DNA from: Laetmonice hystrix
Taxonomy: Eukaryota
Assembly (NCBI GenBank): GCA_965235115.1
Contig: OZ249444.1
Span: 10,354,001-10,418,000 of the forward strand
Length of the DNA: 64,000 bases
Reading direction: 5' to 3'
Part shown: positions 14,201 through 27,260 of the stretch, in pieces
Numbering within the stretch: the stretch's first letter is position 1
Layout of the letters: every line of letters begins with the position of its first letter
The notes under the pieces: model-generated
What the model was told of the DNA's origin: nothing
Database searches by the model: none
The model's input: only the letters and a program-made list of their open reading frames with translations
Program-made: the position numbers and the translations under genes

Positions 14201-15311
14201 TATTTGTGACTGCTCAATAATCAAAGACTAAACAAAGATCAAGGAGCCATAAAGTGAGTGTTAATCAAGAATAAAATGGACACTGAGCTTCAAAATCAAC
14301 ACTATCTAGCTGTCACGAAGGATCCCCAGGATTATGGTCTGAGGAAATAGTGCTTCTCCCAAGGTGAAATAAGAATTACAATGTACTTTGAACAAATAAA
14401 GCAGTCTTACGAACTTCATTTAAAAACCCATCATGGCTAACATAAAATGTGTCTTATTATAAATAGAATTTCTATAATGGTCATGACCTAATTTTTTGTG
14501 GATTGTACGTTTTTTAAAATTTCCCGATGTCCTACTTTAGAGATTGTAATGACTAATGCCCGAGAAGATTAACTTGCGGGGATTCCCTGAATGGCATGAC
14601 CTTGTCCCTGGTTGTTATGACAACATGTTCTCAAACTAATAACTTCAAAAAGAAATACTGGTGAGCTGGTGCCAATAACATCAAACGTAATCTGTGTAAT
14701 AACTCAGGTCCTGACCATGGACCGGGGGGACACTGCCTCTTGGGGCATCAATTATAATCACCAAAGAGATGATTAAAAGGGCCTTTTTGGGCATGCCTCC
14801 AATCTAGTGGTCTATTTACCCATCAAAGAGTTTCACTAAGAGGAAACTGCTTGACCTAGATCACTACACTCAATCTTAATACATAATGCCATCATCCTCC
14901 CCTCAGGAACTGATTGGCAAAAAAACGCTGACATGTGGATCCCCTTATTTATAATGAGGATGGCTTAATCCGATTCACATTTCTCTCTTATCTAATCCAC
15001 ATGTAATAAGGTACTTCAGAAGTCCTCTGCTGCATGGTAGAACCTCTAGAAATTCTAGGACAACAGACACGCTGATAATGATAATGGGTTACTCAGTACT
15101 CAGAAATATCTTGAATATGATGAATTGTAAGTTTGTCCGGCCGTTCTGTGTGATTGTGGTAACAGTTTTGAGTAGTTGGCAGTCAGTGATGGAATCTGGC
15201 TCTAGCAGACAGTATGTCCTAGGTGACTGCACACAGTGATGTAGTGCAGTAAGAGGAGATAGCGACTTATTATCATCTCCTTCACGTCATGCGGTGGGTC
15301 GGTCGGTGTGA

Positions 15312-15499
15312 CTCATCGTGAACGCTGGCTCTGAGGACGGGATCGGCCAACCTCACGTCTCTAGCTGTGGCTGTGGGATTCTTACCACCCCACGGTAATC
15401 CTACCGTTCTCATTGTGAACGGTGGCTCTGAGGACGGGATCGGCGAACCTCACGTCTCTAGCTGTGGGATTCTTACCACCCCACGGTAATCCTACCGTT
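15312..15499. repeat. tandem duplication, 97 bp + 91 bp
   Basis: CTCAT(C/T)GTGAACG...CACGGTAATCCTACCGTT occurs twice head-to-tail; the copies differ by 3 substitutions and a 6-bp GCTGTG indel. Confidence 0.95.
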
Positions 15500-16038
15500 A
15501 ATCCGAGTCCATGTACCGGGTAAAACTGGTTGATCTACACTGATCTCGATCTGTGCTGGTGATGTAAACATAAACTACACAATAATACCACTTTTAGAGC
15601 GTTAGGGCCAATCTTTGACTTTGTCAGACATTTTCCTACAGTCTGATAAGATTTTTGTTTGTCACGATAAAAGAAAAGAACTGAAATTGAATTGACTTGG
15701 TTTATAGGAAAGCTATTCCAAGGCCTCGGCCTTAGTAGAACATAAATAAACTTCAAGATTAACTTAAAAGTTTAGAATAAGAAACTTAAAACCAAGTACC
15801 AGTGGCATGTAATGGAGCTACCAGACCCTGATGACAACAGACCAAGATGTTACACTCGAGTACTACAACGTCCTGTCGAGGTCCTACAGCCTGGGTCTGT
15901 CCTCATCTTGGTAGACTGCTGTCTGTCTGACATAGATTACACACATGTAAACCCTCTACTACATCGTCCCGCACTCAGGGTTTGCAAGTCGATAATGAAG
16001 TGTCCCTCATCGCCAACACCGCTACATGAAGGCAGGAA

Positions 16039-16204
16039 CAGGGCCCGGTTTCAGAAAGGTTAGCATGATCTTAACTTAAGCTCTGCCTAGCCTTTTAGGA
16101 CCCCTGATTGGCTGGTCCTCTGCTGCTCAGCTTCAACTAATCAGGGGTCCTAAAAGGCTAAGCAGAGCTTAAGTTAATGCTAACCTTTCTGAAACCGGGC
16201 CCTG
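16039..16204. mobile_element. fold-back MITE (GGGCCC-ended, PIF/Harbinger-like)
   Basis: 28-bp perfect terminal inverted repeat CAGGGCCCGGTTTCAGAAAGGTTAGCAT, followed by a further 43-bp arm matching at 40 of 43 positions; non-coding; no TSD resolved. The superfamily call rests only on resemblance of the termini. Confidence 0.8.
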
Positions 16205-17043
16205 GTCGAAGAGTAGTAAATACAAAAAAAAAAGAGAAACTCCCACAAAGGTTTCCTTTCTTTGCACTCTGCAGCAAATCTGCATTGCGCTGTTCCGTTG
16301 AAGCACCCCCCCCCCCCCACTCCACCAGTACGCTGGTGTCGGGGAATCTATCATTTAATGACGCAAGCGGAAAGAGAAAATTAGTCTTTCTGTTCATTAG
16401 ACAGTACGAGATGAGACAGTGCCCACCATAGAAGACATTGTATCCGCAGGTAGATACAACCGGATTGTTGTAAATGGTTTGGTTCTGATGACTGCCTATA
16501 GCTCAGTTACCACTAACTGGTCTCAGTGGATCTAACCAGTCGATATCAATTACTGTATAATAACCCCACCATCTGTCCTACAGCGATTCAATACTACACT
16601 TCATATCGAACAACACCGCCACAACTTAGATGTACACATGTTAATGACTGCCTAATCTTCATTAACTACGTTTGTAGGCTCCCACTCCATGAAACGTTAT
16701 TGAATTTCTATAATTCCTGTTCAGTATTCTGCTGATCGGGCCCAGAGATTGCGGGTGAATGAGCCATTACCCGGCCTACACCTGGCCTGTCCGGGTACCT
16801 CATCAATTATCAATGGACAACTATAGAAAATGAATGGTTTTACGGAAGTATTGGAGAAACTTGAAACCGGTACGAAAAGGTCGTCTACCGGTGTCCGGGG
16901 ACCTTAAGGGGCCTGGGGCAATGGGCGGTGACAGCATCACATACGGTGAAGTGTGGCCAAAGAGGCAAGAGATACTGTGAAGTACAGATGGCAAGGGGAC
17001 AGATGGCAAGGAGGAGGAGGAGGAAAAGACATTGGAAGGGAAC

Positions 17044-18798
17044 TGGATGGAGCCAAGGATACATTGTAGTCTAACAACCGATCACTGTGAGACATTGCGG
17101 ACAGTCACCCAGAACCACAGGGATACGGTATGGATGGAGCCAACAACTGAACACTGTGAGACATTGCGGACAGTCACCCAGAACCACAGGGATACGGTAT
17201 GGATGGAGCCAAGGATACATTGTAGTCTAACAACCGATCACTGTGAGACATTGCGGACAGTCACCCAGAACCACAGGGATACGGTATGGATGGAGCCAAC
17301 AACTGAATACTGTAAGACATTGCGGACAGTCACCCAGAACCACAGGGATACGGTATGGATGGAGCCAAGGATACATTGTAGTCTAACAACCGAACACTGT
17401 GAGACATTGCGGACAGTCACCCAGAACCACAGGGATACGGTATGGATGGAGCCAACAACTGAACACTGTGAGACATTGCGGACAGTCACCCAGAACCACA
17501 GGGATACGGTATGGATGGAGCCAAGGATACATTGTAGTCTAACAACTGAACACTGTGAGACATTGCGGACAGTCACCCAGAACCACAGGGATACGGTATG
17601 GATGGAGCCAAGGATACATTGTAGTCTAACAACCGAACACTGTGAGACATTGCGGACAGTCACCCAGAACCACAGGGATACGGTATGGATGGAGCCAAGG
17701 ATACATTGTAGTCTAACAACCGAACACTGTGAGACATTGCGGACAGTCACCCAGAACCACAGGGATACGGTATGGATGGAGCCAAGGATACATTGTAGTC
17801 TAACAACTGAACACTGTGAGACATTGCGGACAGTCACCCAGAACCACAGGGATACGGTATGGATGGAGCCAAGGATACATTGTAGTCTAACAACCGAACA
17901 CTGTGAGACATTGCGGACAGTCACCCAGAACCACAGGGATACGGTATGGATGGAGCCAAGGATACATTGTAGTCTAACAACTGAACACTGTGAGACATTG
18001 CGGACAGTCACCCAAAACCACAGGGATACGGTATGGATGGAGCCAAGGATACATTGTAGTCTAACAACTGAACACTGTGAGACATTGCGGACAGTCACCC
18101 AGAACCACAGGGATACGGTATGGATGGAGCCAAGGATATATTGTAGTCTAACAACTGAACACTGTGAGACATTGCGGACAGTCACCCAGAACCACAGGGA
18201 TACGGTATGGATGGAGCCAAGGATACATTGTAGTCTAACAACCGATCACTGTGAGACATTGCGGACAGTCACCCAGAACCACAGGGATACGGTATGGATG
18301 GAGCCAAGGATACATTGTAGTCTAACAACCGATCACTGTGAGACATTGCGGACAGTCACCCAGAACCACAGGGATACGGTATGGATGGAGCCAAGGATAC
18401 ATTGTAGTCTAACAACTGAACACTGTGAGACATTGCGGACAGTCACCCAAAACCACAGGGATACGGTATGGATGGAGCCAAGGATACATTGTAGTCTAAC
18501 AACTGAACACTGTGAGACATTGCGGACAGTCACCCAGAACCACAGGGATACGGTATGGATGGAGCCAAGGATACATTGTAGTCTAACAACTGAACACTGT
18601 GAGACATTGCGGACAGTCACCCAGAACCACAGGGATACGGTATGGATGGAGCCAAGGATACATTGTAGTCTAACAACTGAACACTGTGAGACATTGCGGA
18701 CAGTCACCCAGAACCACAGGGATACGGTATGGATGGAGCCAACAACTGAACACTGTGAGACATTGCGGACAGTCACCCAGAACCACGGGGATACGGTA
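17044..18798. repeat. 87-bp minisatellite: 17 copies of 87 bp plus 4 copies of a 69-bp deletion variant
   Basis: Unit TGGATGGAGCCAAGGATACATTGTAGTCTAACAACCGATCACTGTGAGACATTGCGGACAGTCACCCAGAACCACAGGGATACGGTA; 17x87 + 4x69 = 1755 bp, exactly the span. Confidence 0.98.
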
Positions 18799-19538
18799 AA
18801 GGCCACCAATGATGAGACCGAGGGACAGATTGAATTGTAGCCAATGCTAACAGGGATGTTCTGTACTATGACCAATGGCGACAGAGAGATAGACTAAGTA
18901 TATAGCTGTTGGTCTATGCTACCCTGGCTAGCGGTAACTCATGGCCGGTAAGGATCCAGAGAACTTGGGACGGTCAGGTCGTTGAGCCTATATTATCGAG
19001 GTTGACCGTCTTGACGCCATGAAGACCATTCACAGATTGATGTCAAAACACAATAGTTCATCCAAGAGAACGTGTCTCCGAGAATTCCTCTTGGACCATG
19101 AATTTAATTTAATGATACTCTTGATTATATTGCAGGACTTCTTTATTCAAATTAGATTGCGAATTTGCCTTTTCCTCTAACCTGCGTTTGTATCAGGACT
19201 ATAAACAAGAGAGAAGAAACTATGGCTTTCTTCAAATTTCCTTGGCAATGAGGGGTGATTTCCTGAGAACATAAATAAAACAACTGTTACTTGCAAACAC
19301 ATCCAGCAAAGAGACTCATTGCGGAGAATGTATCGAAAGAGGAAAATCACCAGGACACCCCTCGGCCACACCCATACAGACACATACCCTTCAGGAGTTT
19401 TGGTGTCTCATTACGTTCATTTCCAATATTACCATCCTGCTGTCCCTATTACATAAAGTTCTAATGAGGTCTTGTGATGATCCTGTTATCTCCATGGAAA
19501 CCTCAGGTCCAATAATTTGTTGTTTCCATCACAGGTCA

Positions 19539-19692
19539 GAGCCCAGTTTTTCAACAAATTTCAACTTGAGTAAAGCTTACTTAAGTAAACTAACAGGCTT
19601 CTGATTGACTGGCCTAAGCAGGCCAGCCAATCAGAAGTTAGTTTATTTAACTAAGCTTTACTCAAGTTGAGAATTTTTGAAAAACTGGGCCC
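19539..19692. mobile_element. fold-back MITE related to 16039-16204
   Basis: Near-complete palindrome GAGCCCAGTTTTTCAA...CTGATTGACTGGCCT aagc AGGCCAGCCAATCAG...TTGAAAAACTGGGCCC. It shares the GGGCCC-type end, TTAAG motif and CTGATTG(G/A)CTG near the loop with the 16-kb element. Confidence 0.8.
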
Positions 19693-22114
19693 AAGTGACT
19701 AGGCGTTATAAAAGTTGTAATTTGATAAGAGTTTGTTCTCCAATATTGCAATTCTCATGCCCCGTACACATCATCAACAGTAGCGTTCTTGTCTTGAAGT
19801 AAATGTCAATATTTATTGGTTCATTTAAACAGTTTTAGGGCAAAGAACGAAATCCAAAGAATTCCTTATAAATCAGAACAGATAGAAGGAGAGAGGGTAT
19901 GCAAGATGAGTCGTAGAAATTACTTGTACTGTTCCATGTACCTTACACTGGCGTCATCGTCAATATCCTGATTTCATCCTTACTTTTGATAGATACTGTT
20001 TAGGAACATTTCGACTGTCAATAACGTTAGCCTTCCGATTCCGACCTGGACAAATGACGTCACAGAGGTCCCCTTGTAATGTTAACGATACCTGACGAGC
20101 GTAAATATAACACCATGTACGTACAACAAAACCGCTAACACCCTATGACAGTAACAGGGCCCAATGACAGGCTCAGCGCTCCATTGAAGACACAGCCAAT
20201 TCCTGAGCGCAAGGCATCCGCGCTGTTTTCTGTCCGTGGTCATCAATAGGACTCCTACAGAGTTCCTAACGACCTCAGACATCTCGCAGCCACTCTACTG
20301 ACACAGCTGGCACCAAGTCCCCTTTGTAGCTCGTCGCCATGTCAACGACGACAGACTGGCACCGGCCAGAATCCCTTCCTGACCCGTCTAGACACAATAA
20401 CCACAAATTACCGGTGATATCAGCAGACAGGGTCGGCGGCACCCTGCCGTGCATGGAGCGGCTGGATCAATGGGGTGTGGTCAGGTGTGTTACATAACCA
20501 CCCTGATTCAGTGACCGGCCGGCAGGAGGCTTGACCAGCTGTCTGACCACTCCCTCCCTGGGGAGGACTGGTCAGTAGGCACGCCTCACGTTCCCAGAGA
20601 ACTGGGTAAAACCTCTGCTGTTGACGGTTTGCGATCAATGTTAATATCAAGGACCGTGGTCACTGGGGATGAACTGTCCAACTCTACTCGGGTCCTTGTC
20701 TGTCCCTAACCTACTCACAATACATCTACCTTCAATCTACAATGTCATATATCTCTCCGATATCTGCGTACCTCAGCCGCCAGGTCCAGAGGCTAGCCGG
20801 CTCAGCGCACGGTGTAGGTATCCCACTGCCCAGTAGAGGGCAGCCCTGCATCTCATTAGGACTGGCGAACATTGAGGTACTGAGAGTGAGTCAAGTTCGA
20901 GAGTGAAATAAGATAGAATACTGACTGGGTTATAACTTATGAAGGGGATATGACTAAAGATAAAACCTTGGCCCCAGGCTGCAGTCACCATTATGTAGTA
21001 ATACAGGACTAAAAACTTCAGTGATGGTTTAAACATGTGCAGTCCTACCTACGCCAATTTACTATAAAAGTACGAGTAATTCCCACATATATTCCTGTCC
21101 ACCACGCGACGACGTTATGATTAAAGGTCGAGGATTTCTATAGGTTTGGCTTTCAAGACCTTCAAGTGCAATGTGAAAAAAGATATCCGCCTGGCTGAAA
21201 ACCCACGGAAGTAAAAACAACCAGCAGTCATAAAAACGCCCTACCTCCGTCAGATGGCACAAAAATGGGCGTCTTTGTAGAGGAAACAGGTCTCGTAACG
21301 ATAGGAATATAAAAATATGGTGTCCTTGATTGAAAATGAAAGGCAGGCCTCGGAGAGATTTATGACGTGACGTACGCATGTTTGTCGCAATTCGCAGCTC
21401 GGTAGGGTAAAGATGAGACCGAGAAGTCAAACAATAATATTCAGTCCCTTTTCTACTTCAGGTCCGGTAACTAAGGGCTATTTCCTCTTCGTCCCGTCCC
21501 ATAACGAGTATACTGGGGCTCCAAACATCCGATTGTATCATTAACAACACTACTTCAGCAAACAAACCCCAGAAAGTCAGACCAGACTCGCACATTGAGA
21601 CAGAACTTCACACGCAATAAACGACTTATGGCAACATAATACTTTGTGATCTGCTATCATAAACGCACATCACATGGAGGCGTAAATTTACATTACACAT
21701 TTCGCCAAATCTAAAATCCGCAAAAATATAAATCTTACTCTCCATTATATAAGTCACATTGTCATATATAAAATTATTCTGTGGTGTGATTGCATCTTCA
21801 AACGTGCTGTTTCAGTGCTGCCACTGCCTTTCTAAAACTCCTTGGTGCGTCTCGGTATATGTCAATGCTCTAAATAAGCCCAGCTTTCTAACTCAGGGAT
21901 ATTTTTTCTATAGCTTGCCATGCGGTTTAACAAGCTCCAAGGCACTAACCACAACGTGATGGGAACGCCTTAGAACCGTTCATGTCAGAGGAGCCGACCG
22001 ACCCAGCTATAATGATCTATTTCCCCCAAGTCCGAATTCTCCTTTATATGGAGGACGTTTGGCCTATAACGTTGCTGTGGTCTAATTGGCCGATGGCTGA
22101 GGACCGACGGATTA

Positions 22115-22195
22115 CCGTGTGTGCAAGCCGTGTGTGCAAGCCGTGTGTGCAAGCCGTGTGTGCAAGCCGTGTGTGCAAGCCGTGTGTGCAAGCCG
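22115..22195. repeat. 13-bp tandem repeat x6
   Basis: (CCGTGTGTGCAAG)6, perfect copies. Confidence 0.97.
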
Positions 22196-22488
22196 AGACT
22201 TGCCAGAGGATTCTGAGTTCTGTTTTCCAGGTGACACCTCATGTATTTATGTTTCCTTTGTAAGTATTATTATTCTGGTTTGTTGGATCTGTGCCACACT
22301 AGAGCTTTATGCGTCACCTCCTTCTGGGAAGGAACCCACCAGACAATACCCTGAGGTTTCCATGCAGGCGGCCAGACCCACTAGCGTTTCACCTGCCCAG
22401 AAAAAATAACCAACCATAGACTATACACGGTTGTCATACTTCGCTGGCTTATACATAGAAACACCACTTCAGCCAGGTATATATCCTG

Positions 22489-23101
22489 TACCTGGTATGG
22501 TTTCCAAGTACACGTATATATATTCTATACCTGGTATGGTTTCCAAGTACACGTATATTCTATACCTGGTATGGTTTCCAAGTACACGTATATATATTCT
22601 ATACCTGGTATGGTTTCCAAGTACGCGTATATATACTCTATACCTGGTATGGTTTCCAAGTACACGTATATATATTCTATACCTGGTATGGTTTCCAAGT
22701 ACACGTATATTCTATACCTGGTATGGTTTCCAAGTACACGTATATATATTCTATACCTGGTATGGTTTCCAAGTACGCGTATATATACTCTATACCTGGT
22801 ATGGTTTCCAAGTACACGTATATATATTCTATACCTGGTATGGTTTCCAAGTACACGTATATTCTATACCTGGTATGGTCTCCAAGTACGCGTATATATA
22901 GTATATACCTGGTATGGTTTCCAAGTACACGCATATATATTCTATACCTGGTATTTTTTCCAAGTACACGTATATATATTCTATACCTGGCATGGTTTCC
23001 AAGTACACGTATATATATTCTATACCTGGTATGGTTTCCAAGTACACGTATATATATTCTATACCTGGTATGGTTTCCAAGTACACGTATATATATTCTA
23101 T
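22489..23101. repeat. 39/35-bp minisatellite, about 16 copies
   Basis: Unit TATACCTGGTATGGTTTCCAAGTACACGTATATATATTC with a 35-bp variant lacking (TA)2. Confidence 0.97.
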
Positions 23102-24404
23102 TTCTGTGTTCCTGTTTTCTTTTTGGTATAGGCGGTAGTCATACTTCCCCAGATTATACTTAGAAATGAATTCTTACACATTCTTGCAAACACTTCTACT
23201 CAAAACACACCTCCTAACCGTTTTAAGAAATCCGCACACATCCAACCTTGACTCTCCACCGGCAGATGCCAGGAGCCGATACCAGGACTGAGGGCAGTGT
23301 CAACGCGTGCCATACAAAGGTTATTGTGCCAGTGCCCCTTTTTCCATGAAATGTCTGCCAGGCTAGCCGCCAGTAATGATGGCTCCTCCTCAACCTCGCC
23401 ATTATCTCCTCCACCTACCGGAAGTCATCCCCATCCTCCTCCAGCGACCAATCAGATCGCAGAGAACGGCACGGACGGTCGTTATTACGCACGAGAGGGT
23501 TTCGACTTAACGTCTCCGAGAAAAACCTTGGGCCACTCCCGGAAAGGTCTATTGACAGGGGGACTCGAGGATCCCGGTTTGGGCCGCCGGCCGGCCAATA
23601 ACTATCCGTGTGACGGCTCACACCGGTCACTCGACACATTCATATTCTATATCGGTCAGCCTCCAGCACACTCAGCCTCTCACAGTATACGTATGATATG
23701 AATGGCATATCCCGGTATGTTTTTTACGATCTTAGAAATGGAAATAGAAATCTCAAAAAATCAATGGCAAGTTTTTTTTCAATTCTTTTTTTTTGCCAAA
23801 AGGGGATTCACCCAGAGTGCTCATGGAGAGTTGAGCCCACACCAAATCACTGTGATTAGGCCTAACCTACCTTTGATATAACTCTTGTTACATGAATGTT
23901 ATTAGTACCATAGAATATTTCCATCAGACAGTGCACGTGTTTGTGAGACTGCTCCGATCCCAGCCAGCCTGCACTGATCAATATTACCCGAACCAAGGTA
24001 ATAATAACACACCCCACACCTGCCACCCCGTCTTACCCCTTACTTCAAAACTGGCACACAGCAGGCTGTTTACAGCACTGAGATATAATCAAATATATGC
24101 TAAAATATATTACAAAAATTGCTATAATCAAATTGTCTTGGTATTCTAAAGTAATGATTACACAAGTAATACTAAGTAGATAATAAAGTGACGCGGAATG
24201 AAAATATATCTTCAGGGGATAAACCGCATTATTACGCGAGTGACTGCAAACAATAATACAAGTACATGTGTATAGGTGCGTTTATCTGTCTGAGTATACA
24301 ACCCAGCATTATGTCATATATATATATACGGGTGATAGGGTGAATAAACCTATAGACGGGGAGTCAACCAGGTCAGTCACCTTGATATCCCACTGACCTC
24401 TGAT

Positions 24405-25510
24405 GATATGTCATGACATATTCCTCGCAATCCTCCCACCTGATCCGTGATATGTCATGACATATTCCTCGCAATCCTCCCACCTGATCCGTGATATGTC
24501 ATGACATATTCCCCGCAATCCTCCCACCTGATCCGTGATATGTCATGACATATTCCCCGCAATCCTCCCACCTGATCCGTGATATGTCATGACATATTCC
24601 CCGCAATCCTCCCACCTGATCCGTGATATGTCATGACATATTCCCCGCAATCCTCCCACATGATCCGTGATATGTCATGACATATTCCCCGCAATCCTCC
24701 CACATGATCCGTGATATGTCATGACATATTCCCCGCAATCCTCCCACATGATCCGTGATATGTCATGACATATTCCTCGCAATCCTCCCACCTGATCCGT
24801 GATATGTCATGACATATTCCTCGCAATCCTCCCACCTGATCTGTGATATGTCATGACATATTCCTCGCAATCCTCCCACCTGATCCGTGATATGTCATGA
24901 CATATTCCCCGCAATCCTCCCACCTGATCCGTGATATGTCATGACATATTCCCCGCAATCCTCCCACATGATCCGTGATATGTCATGACATATTCCTCGC
25001 AATCCTCCCACCTGATCCGTGATATGTCATGACATATTCCCCGCAATCCTCCCACATGATCCGTGATATGTCATGACATATTCCTCGCAATCCTCCCACC
25101 TGATCCGTGATATGTCATGACATATTCCTCGCAATCCTCCCACCTGATCTGTGATATGTCATGACATATTCCTCGCAATCCTCCCACCTGATCCGTGATA
25201 TGTCATGACATATTCCTCGCAATCCTCCCACCTGATCCGTGATATGTCATGACATATTCCTCGCAATCCTCCCACCTGATCCGTGATATGTCATGACATA
25301 TTCCTCGCAATCCTCCCACCTGATCCGTGATATGTCATGATATATTCCTCCCAATCCTCCCACCTGATCCGTGATATGTCATGATATATTCCTCCCAATC
25401 CTCCCACCTGATCCGTGATATGTCATGGCCCTCCCAATCCTCCCACATCATCCGTGATATGTCATGATATATTCCTCGCAATCCTCCCACCTGATCCGTG
25501 ATATGTCATG
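24405..25510. repeat. 44-bp minisatellite containing a 16-bp perfect palindrome, about 25 copies
   Basis: Unit GATATGTCATGACATATTCCTCGCAATCCTCCCACCTGATCCGT; ATATGTCATGACATAT is self-complementary. Confidence 0.98.
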
Positions 25511-27260
25511 GGATATAGACCCCTCCAGTCCCCAATCACGGTCAGCCCACTGCCTGCGTCAGGAACGTGGCGTAATGCCGACTAACACACATGCACCATA
25601 CGGTCATGTAAATCATGGAAACAGTACCAGATATTAGTTCGTTCACACGTGGATCATTTTGTTCCCTGATCAGCTGTTCCCAAGGCAGAACCTACATCTG
25701 TGGGCGGCATTTCATTTCATCTCTTCTGTTACCGTAAACAACTATAGGACAGGTAAATCTTGGTGAACAAATGCTGTATTACAACTGATTTAATACTCCT
25801 GTTTCTATTGTTTATAAACATGGCCCAAGGCCAAAGACAGATCACTTCCATAAACAATACATGTATACATAAATCATGAAGAGTTAAGGCTCTGAGACAA
25901 TACACAATTTTCCCTGCTGTTTACTTGAGGCATTACGGTGGAATTGAATCAACAACAAAAAACTCCATAATTATGCTTCCACCACAGACATTTCCTGCAG
26001 GCGACATTAAAAGAGATTTCTTTCCTGCAATGTGTCTTGTGATTCGCATGGACCCTTAAGGATATCTTAATTATGGTTACAAAAACGAGTCAAATCTAGG
26101 CAAAAACATACACAACAAAGAAAAAGTACACCTCTCACATAAAAGCTCTTATCAAGGCAGCCTCAGTAGGAGGGAGGTGCATCCTGCTTATTTTTTCAAA
26201 CAAACTGATGCGCGCGTCTTCCCTATTTATGTTAATGATGCATCTTTTTAATGCGAAGCCCAGGAAAGGGGGCAGGGTGGGTACATACTGTTGACTTGAC
26301 TTTGATTCCAATTAAAATTCAAATCCAAAGTGGCCTTGATAAAATGTGCTGGCAGGCCTAAAGAACGGGAATACATGTCAACTATTGTAAAGACGTTACG
26401 TCTGGATCTCCAAGTACAGGTCATTACTGGAGCTGATGGTGCACACACTTTGCCTGAGATGTGAGTCTCTGAAAGCCTGGCAATCTACTAGTTACTATCC
26501 ACGACAGGATGTAGTTTTCTCTACATCTAGCAAAGACTGCCGCTTTACATAATAACCGGCAGGCATATATTAGATGATACGCATGGGGCTCTCTCTATAG
26601 TACTCAATGATTGATCCATACAACTGGGTCGGCGCGGCAGTGGCGGGGGGAGGGGGCGGGGGGGCAGGATAAGGGGTAGAAAGCTTCCTGTGGCTCGGAA
26701 GCCAGTCAATAGAACACAATTTTCCACGATGTAGTTTACAATGTGACAGGCTCTCTCTCCTATCCTACCCTGGGCCTAACTGATCTATCAGTCAGCCAGA
26801 GCCACCCACCCCACCCCGACATCCTCGTTCACAGTCATGTAGTAAAACACCCTCCATGGTAAGGCTCCAGCCGGTCCATGCTCCCATCTCTCAGCGACCG
26901 ACATGTGAATATAGCAGTCCTCAGGGTGAGCACCCAGCTGGTCCCATGGGCTTGGCTTCCCTGCCCCACCAGGCACTCACCGACCGACCGGCCGGTCCAA
27001 TGTCATGTAGCACGGTCCGGCCGACCGGTGGCCGGGACCGGGACCTGGGTCGGCCCGGGCGTCACGGCCGCCGGTAGGGGTGAGCAGCCGTACTCGTGGG
27101 GCAGACTCCCCATCCCAGTATCTACGATACAACCCGGCTGGTCGGGAACGTCTCAGTCAGTCGGCCTTCATACACCCAGAGCAATCCTCGGCTTATTCAA
27201 TGTTGTGCCCTCTAGGCTCTGACAATTAACGCACAGATGCCACTTGTGATTACAATAGAT

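Noticed and set aside
20770-20880. AG...GT-bounded open segment EMQGCPLLGSGIPTPC resembling glypican KMQYCPHC...KPC
   Set aside because: It lacks the conserved CxxC cysteine and the following YCLNV motif; chance similarity.
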